From the human T2T-CHM13v2.0 reference genome, Homo sapiens, in assembly GCF_009914755.1 (NCBI RefSeq), contig NC_060933.1: a stretch of DNA of 64,000 nt, one strand, 5' to 3'. The notes under the pieces are model-generated. The model had not been told where the DNA came from. It made no database searches and saw only the letters and a program-made list of their open reading frames with translations. Below, one piece after another: positions 56,586 through 64,000 of this stretch. The position numbers were made by a program, and so were the translations under genes. How positions within the stretch are numbered: position 1 is the stretch's first letter; each line of letters opens with the position of its first letter.

Positions 56586-56863
56586 TCACATGCACCTTTG
56601 ATCAATGGATCAAAGTGGGCACTCAAGAAGAAATCGATTTGCCACCTCAAATCTAGTCTAAGTGGATATTTCTATTTCTTTGACAATATAAATCATAATT
56701 TATGTTTAGCTAATGGATCTATACTATTGCTTTAATAAAGAATCATACTTTTAAAAAGAAAGCATAACTGAACATGGAATCGTGAGTACCTATCTGTCAG
56801 GTACCCACACATGAAGAAACTAAGGAACCTTCAGGTGGTGAGTTACTAAATTTGCATGAGTAG

Positions 56864-56894
<31 letters not shown>

Positions 56895-56980
56895 AGAAAG
56901 AAAAAAAAAGAAAAAGAAAAAGAAAAAGGACTGTTCCCTGTAGTTTTCTTTGGCAAATTTAACCTTAGAAAGTGACTGTA

Positions 56981-57298
56981 GGCCGCAGGTGGTAGCTCAT
57001 GCCTGTAATACCAGCACTTACGGAGGCCAAGGCAGGCGGATCACTTCAGGTCAGGAGTTCGAGACCAGCCTGGCCAACAGAGTGAAACCTTTTCTCTACC
57101 AAAAAATACAAAAATTAGCTGGGTGTGGTGACAGGCGCCTGTAGTCCCAGCTACTTGGGAGGCTGAGGCACGAGTATCAGTTGAACCCGAGAGGCAGATG
57201 TTGCAGTGAGCAAAGATAACCCCACTATACTCCAGCCTGGGCAACAGAATGAGCCTCCGTATCCCCCCAACCCCCTACCAAAAAAAAAAAAAAAAAAA
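56981..57298 (+). mobile_element. Full-length Alu with a C-rich segment before the A-tail
   Basis: Two-arm consensus. Confidence 0.93.
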
Positions 57299-57334
57299 CC
57301 TCAGAAGAAAGATTCAAGCTATAAAACAGCCACA

Positions 57335-57635
<301 letters not shown>

Positions 57636-57649
57636 CAGCCACCACCATG

Positions 57650-57885
57650 ACCACTGAATTCACATTACTATCTGCCAATCACTGAGAACAGTGCTTCACA
57701 TATATTTAACTCACTTAATTTTCACAACAGCCCTATAAGGTAGGTAGCATTATTGTCCCCATTTTATAGATGAGGAAACTGAGGCTCCTGGGTGTTGAGG
57801 AACCTGTATAAGGTCACAGCTATTGGCAGAACTAGGATATGAACCTAGGGAAGTTGAGCTCTGGATTCTGTGCTCTTAGCCCCCA
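57650..57885 (-). mobile_element. MIR
   Basis: cacaacagccctataaggtaggtagcattattgtccccattttatagatgaggaaactgaggct is reverse MIR core. Confidence 0.88.
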
Positions 57886-59599
57886 TGAAACTGCTTCTGT
57901 GCTCTGATCTATATTAATCCCACAATTACTGAGTATCCACTATGTGCACACACCATGCCCTCAAGCAATTTAAAATAGAGAGAGAAAGATCAAAATGCAA
58001 ACAATCAACTTCCACACAAAAGCATTATGAAAGAGATGCTATAATAGAGGTTCAAGTGTGTTAGCATATAAAGAAAGAATCATTAATTCTGCCTGGGGCA
58101 AGAATCAGGCCTGCTTCACAGAGACAGAGACATCAGAGCCCTGAAGGTTGAAGACAGAGAAGCTGCTAGTCCTCCTCCCAGCTACAGGCCAGTCAGGGGG
58201 TAAGGGTGGGTCAAGAGAACACAGCAGCTTCTTAGGCCACTCAAGCTCTGTGAGGACTTGAATGAGAAATGACCATTTATTCAATGACTAAATGACTAGG
58301 GAGAAGTGGTCCGTACGCAAAACCTCTTGGGAGTTGCCGTGACTATTCTGTTTTGCTTGGATTCACTCCCTATCTGCTATTACGACGATCCTAATATTCA
58401 GAAGTCTCCTAGGATCTTTATCGCTCTCCTTGTTTCTGAGAGTCAAATCGGGGTTTATGGCCTGCAAGGATGAGATTCAGCCTCAGGTAACATTTACAGA
58501 GTGAATAGTGCGCCCAGTGCTGGGCTCTGTGCTTTCATATCTGGATGGTCACCGGATCTTTTTAACCACCTTGAGGTAGGTGTGAATACTATCCCCATTT
58601 TCACAGAAGAGGACAGAGGGACTCCAAGAGGTCAAGTAACTTGCCCAAGGCCATATGGCTAGAAAGTGGCACATGGTGGATTAAGTACAAGGCGGAGGCA
58701 GAAGTGGAACAAAGCCATCCTGACTTGCAGTCTGATACTCTCTCCTCCACTCCTGCTGTCTTTTTTCTTGGGAAAAGATACCTCCAGCAGGGCTGTCTGA
58801 CACATCTAGCTGGTAGACTCTGAAGCTATCAAGGTAGCAGAAAAGAACAAATGTGAATGTGCTCCGTGTCTGCACTTACCGATGATTTCATGGTCTAACC
58901 TCATATCACACTACCTTGGTTCACCAAAGTGACCACACTTTCAGTCTGCAGAAACAACACAGGAAATTATGAGTCCTTGCTCCCAGTGTCATAAGCACCT
59001 AGTAGGCGCTCAAAATTTCTTTTATGACAGCCATGTCTGCCAAAGTGGGTGCAGGGCTTTTTAAGTAGATTAAGATGTCAATGACTTAAATATTATCCTT
59101 TAAAATTCTGATTCTTTAAAATTCTGATTCATAAGAGTCATATGAGAAGCTATCAGTCCTGCAATCTAAGGAAGACACAATTTATTTCATGACTTGACCG
59201 CATTACTAAAATAATAAAATTTTCTGCCATGGCAGAAATCGGATGAATTTAATGAAATGGCAAAAAAAAAAAAAAAAAAAGAAACATCACCTGTTTACAC
59301 ACATGCACCCCAAATTACACCGGTGGACTGCACTGGTATTCCGTAAAATTACTGAGAGCCTGAACAGATTATACTCAGCTATGGTCCTTTTCTAGACTAG
59401 CCAAGGCCCCAGTCAAAGCTCTCCCAAAGAGAATATGGAAACAAAGAGCTTTTTAAGTGCCAGTCGGTACGCATAAACATCTTCTAAATGAACTTGATCA
59501 GTCTCTATTATGTCGTCTCAACATGAAAATGAGTCTAACGATGCAAAATAACAGCCACCAAAGAATAAATATTGTTTTTGTCTTAGAGAACTGTCTATT

Positions 59600-59788
59600 C
59601 ACTGGTTCCAAATCAGGCTGTGTATCAATCATCCGGGGAACCTCAAAAAATACACATTCCATGGTTCCATACTAGACTTTGTGAACCAGAATGTCTGGAG
59701 ATGGTGCCCAAGAACCTGCATTTTAACAAGTTTTCTGGGTGGTTCTAACATAATGCTAATCCATGGATCAGAACTGGGGAATCACTGA
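59600..59788. mobile_element. MER5-family hAT-Charlie relic
   Basis: cactggttccaaa...cccaagaacctgcattttaacaag...ggtggttct...ggaatcactg matches MER5A/B architecture. Confidence 0.7.
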
Positions 59789-62700
59789 CAATCTGAATCC
59801 TGTGCCTCATCCAAAGTGCTTGATGTTTGTTGAAGCAATGGGAGAAGAGGCAGGAGAGGAAGGTAAGAGCTAGCAGAGAGACCATGGCTGGTTGAAGTCA
59901 CATCAAAGTGTCACAAATGAACCTGTTGATACTCTGTATTACAGAGTCTCTATGGTATCTCAAGGTTCTTCATTCCAATTAGAGTTTAACATGAATAAGA
60001 GAAAACCAATTCACACATAATTAAATGAAGAATATAGTTCAACAAGCAATTAATTATCTATACATTTTAAAGCCAGAGAATGCCCGTATAAGTAAAACCC
60101 ACCAATCTTCTCTCCTACTTTCTGTCCATGGAAGTTCCTTTATTTTTTAACAGTTTTAAATATTCTCTGGACCACAATAAAATTGTATATAACGGAGATT
60201 AGAGAGGCTGTGCTGCTTGGAAGTTTGGCTGCAAAGCCTCTATTCCATGCCACTTCATTATAATTTCTTAAGGATTTCCCTCTTCACCAAAAGGATTAGT
60301 TTTCTTCTCACTTCTTTGAATACTCTTCTCAGGTTGTTAGTGTGAACTAGGTTACTCTCTCTCCTTTTTAACATATAAAAGATAAACACAATGTTCGATT
60401 TATTTTATTTTTTAAATAGAACACTAAATTTAGTCTTAGAATTCTCTGTTTGGTAAGTTTCCAGTTACAAGGTCTTGGCTTCCCTTGAGCACAGTTTGAA
60501 ACAAAATAATGCAGTTTGTTCCTACGGCTGGAACATGCAGAGTGGAGTGTGCAGGCAAAGAGGCCTTGGCTCTGCTCCAGGATTTCAAAGCTCCTTCAAC
60601 TGCCACTCTCATCTCTGCTTCAAGGGCGGCAGATAAGCAAACAGGATTAGTGTTTTCTAGTCCAGAAGAGCTAGGAAAGCTTTGCACACATCATTCAGGT
60701 GCTCAGCTCATCACACAGGCTGGCGTCAACATGACAAGGTGGCGTTCGTCAGGAAAGTAGCAAAAACGAAGCCAAATCTGAAAAGCTGCCCAGTCCACAA
60801 ACTGGCCCTTTCTTAGGGCTCAAGACCAGATGGTACTCAGACAATGGATGCTGTCGGTGGGAGTGGTGGAACAGGACTGGGGCAAGGCTGGAAAAGTCTC
60901 CATGTTCCACTCGAATACTGAAACATCTCCTAAGGACCAGACTGTGTGCTGGTGGGGAGATGGAAGTATCACCCACCACTCCTCAGGCCACAGGGTACCC
61001 GGTCCTGCCCAGCTCCCACATGCCTGGGGACTAATTTTTGTTGACGCAGTTAGGAAGAAACTGACAGAGAGAGGGTGCCAGTTTATTTTTTTTGTCTTCC
61101 TTCAATGAGATACCATCAGAAAAGTAATAATGGTTTTCGGTTATGGGTGTAGAGGCTAATTAGGTCGTGGTCTTGCCACCATACAATATTTCCTTCTGAA
61201 AAGCATCCGCTGGGTAAAACAAATAGATGTTTCTCAGGAAAGTAAATATGCCTTTGTCATTATTTAACTGGATATTCTTAGTTGTCCAAATTTCTTTCAG
61301 TATCCCTAAATTATAAAGGGGGTGATTAGGACCAAGATACACTGCTCGAAGGAACTGCAACATATGAACCCTGGAAGGTTCTTTATTCTTTATTATATAG
61401 GACAAAGATACATAGCTGCAATATATGAACCCTGAAACCACAGTGAGTTACAGAAGATACGCCCCAGGGCTCCACCAAGGCCGCACTCATGGTAGGAATA
61501 GGGTGCAGGAGCTGCTGGGAGACAGCCAAGTCTAAGAAGGCATGGGCAGACGGAATGGAATCTGAAGTGTTTAAGGAAATGGAGCTGTGGCTAACAGACT
61601 GGGTGTGTCAATGGGAATTCACAGATCTGCCTCCTGTTTCCTGGTGCCTAGAGTAGTGTCAGGCGCACAGACAGGGCTTGCCGAATCTGAAGTAAAAAGC
61701 TTAGGTGTGCGTTCAAAGGTGACGACGACCAGGCAGAGGTTCTTTATATTATTTTAGATCCATGGCCAACAGGGTCATGCTAAGAATATTTCTCTAAGTA
61801 CAAGTGTCACAGGGAATTCATGACAATGAAGAGTTACCAAGAAGGAAGTATGAGGCAGCAAGGATGCTGGCCTGGTTTTAATTCCATCTCTGCTGCTCAT
61901 CTTAGACAAGGCACATCAACTTTCGGGGGTGCTAACATTCCCATCTGCAAAGGGAGAAGAAAACCCACAAGCTCCTAGGGTTGCTGCAAGAACGAATGAA
62001 AAAAATGATCACATACATGATTAGCATAGTGCCTGTCATATAGGAAATGGATGGCTCAAAAGGTTAACTTAAAAGAACTTTAAAAGGGTGGGGGAGAACG
62101 GCGGGGCTCCCATATAAAGTACTGAGGACGAATCTACTTAAGGATATTCTTACACATTTATTCTGTGAATGCTCTTTAGTGGTCTTGGAGCTTTACAAGC
62201 TACAAAAAAAAAAAAAAAAAAAAAAAAACCTCTAAGTACTATACAATCAGGTCTTATTTTTCACCCAAACCAACAGCACCTAGCTCCACTAGTTACCTTA
62301 TCCACCAGATTTGGCTCAGGGTATCTTTTTGGCTCTTTACAAGAATTTTCAAATTCCTTTAGTGGGGTGGCTATTCCTAACAACATGCCTCTGGCTCCTG
62401 TGACAGTTCCCGCACAAGGGACTGGAAAATGGTGTTAAGTAATGGCACCCAATAGACATAACCTGGTTCCCAGGCATGCACTTCGAAGGGGCTACGATTA
62501 GTTTGTGTGTAATCCCTTGATGTTTCTCCCTTTCCAGAAGCCAAAGCCTCCTTCCCCTGACACTGCATCATAACGACCTATATTCATGGCCACCTCTCCT
62601 ATTGACTAGGACATGACCTTGGGCAAGTTATTCCGCCTTTCCAAATGGACTGGCTGTTCTGTAAAATGGGAATAATATCTATCTTCTAGGAATGCTGATG

Positions 62701-64000
62701 GAATTGTATTATCTCTATTAAGATCTTTGACCTACTTGCTCTCCATAGAGTTCCAAAAAGCAGTATGAATTAAGCTCAGATATGAAAATATGGAAGAAAA
62801 ATGGGGCCTTTGTGCTACAGGGAATCACACTGAAGTATTTACATTAGAGAACAAGATTTAGTTAAGCCTTCCCTATTTATCATTTATAAAGGAAAACAAT
62901 CAATATACATTAACTGAGCAAAGAGAACAAAAACTTACATTTTTCTTATACAGAATATCACAATGTTATTGACCGAGAAACCCCGAAATGCATATTACCT
63001 GCCTCTGAACTAAATATTGTTGAGTTTGTCTCTATTGACACAGCCATTTTTATAGAAGACAGCACTCGAGTGCTAGACAGCTTTTATCTTTCATGTGCTT
63101 GGTGGCTCTGAGGAGCATTAAGCCTCCATCTTATCAAACACAATTGAGAAGAATGTGGTTTGTCAAGTATTGCAGGCCACATCAGGATCTGTCAAGAGAG
63201 GTTCCTCAAAAAATCTCAGGCTGAGATGGCCTTTGCATATCCCCCTCCGCACCAGCCCCCATCTAAAAGATAATAAAAAGCCACTCTTAAGGAAATAAAA
63301 GGCAACAATTGGGAAACTTTCAAATTCTGAATTTGAAGAGGTCCAAAGGTGTGAATACAACAGAAGTCTGCTCAGCTACGTCATCCCCAAACTCCGCAGA
63401 ACCTCTCAGGATGCTGCCAACTGCACGTGACATACAAGGAGAACCCCACCTCCTCCAGAGAAGCTTCTACCAGCAATCCATGAAACTTCGAACCCAGTTA
63501 AGAATCAACTCTTTGTTAAGAAAAGCCTTTTAAAAGTCATAGTAATACATATTCATAGATTTCAAAACAAAACAAAAAGTAGTCAAGGCTTATCATGAAA
63601 AGGAACAGTCCACTTCACCATTCTTCTTACACCCTTCACTCGAAGTAATCACATTCAACACAGGATTTATCTCCTTATTTCTAAATCACGAATTCTTGGT
63701 TTCACATTTTCCACATTAAGACTTGGATTCTGCCTTCCCTTTGCAAATGAACTGTTATCCTCTCAGAGGCCAGTCACCCCGCTTATCCGGTTGTCTTCAT
63801 TCCACAAATATTTATCGTGGTGTTACCACAGGCACTGGGGGCACAGCAGTGAAGGAAACGGGCAACAATCCCTGTCTTCATGACGTTTACATTCCAGTAG
63901 GGTAGGCCCTTAATAAACTGGACAATAAAATTTGATTTCCCATTATAGAATTTATTAATTTATTATAAACGTCTGCAAAAGCTACGTACCAGGCTGTGTT

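Noticed and set aside
59098-59130. 16-bp tandem duplication ctttaaaattctgatt
   Set aside because: An ordinary microduplication with no further signal.
59221-59238. 18-bp perfect palindrome TTTCTGCCATGGCAGAAA
   Set aside because: About 0.25 such palindromes are expected by chance in 64 kb (4^-9 per position), and there is no other support.

Overview
This is primate (almost certainly human) intronic DNA from inside DENND1A (connecdenn-1, a Rab35 GEF; human 9q33.3), which is transcribed from the - strand. Three small coding exons with canonical AG/GT ends (48202-48302, 27262-27307, 995-1096) splice in frame to [83 protein letters not shown], part of the central DENN domain. None of them appears as such in the ORF track. 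The remainder is intron: about 25 Alu copies, many MIR/L2/L1M relics, an ERVK-type (MER11D-like) solo LTR in the host-sense direction, a THE1/MST MaLR solo LTR, and MADE1, MER2 and MER5 DNA-transposon relics. I see no RNA gene, CRISPR array, CpG island or prokaryotic system, and I cannot claim a new biological system. The best leads are an unexplained ~110-bp inverted duplication (17181-17289 / 18376-18485), a (CA)16-(GA)n-(TG)16 fold-back microsatellite with equal arms next to a cryptic acceptor, two candidate poison exons with near-consensus splice sites, a possible stop-free 249-nt circRNA, the sense-oriented LTR, and a template-switch palindrome that creates an ER8 nuclear-receptor element inside an Alu. 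Repeat family names come from recalled consensus sequences, and old-repeat boundaries are approximate.
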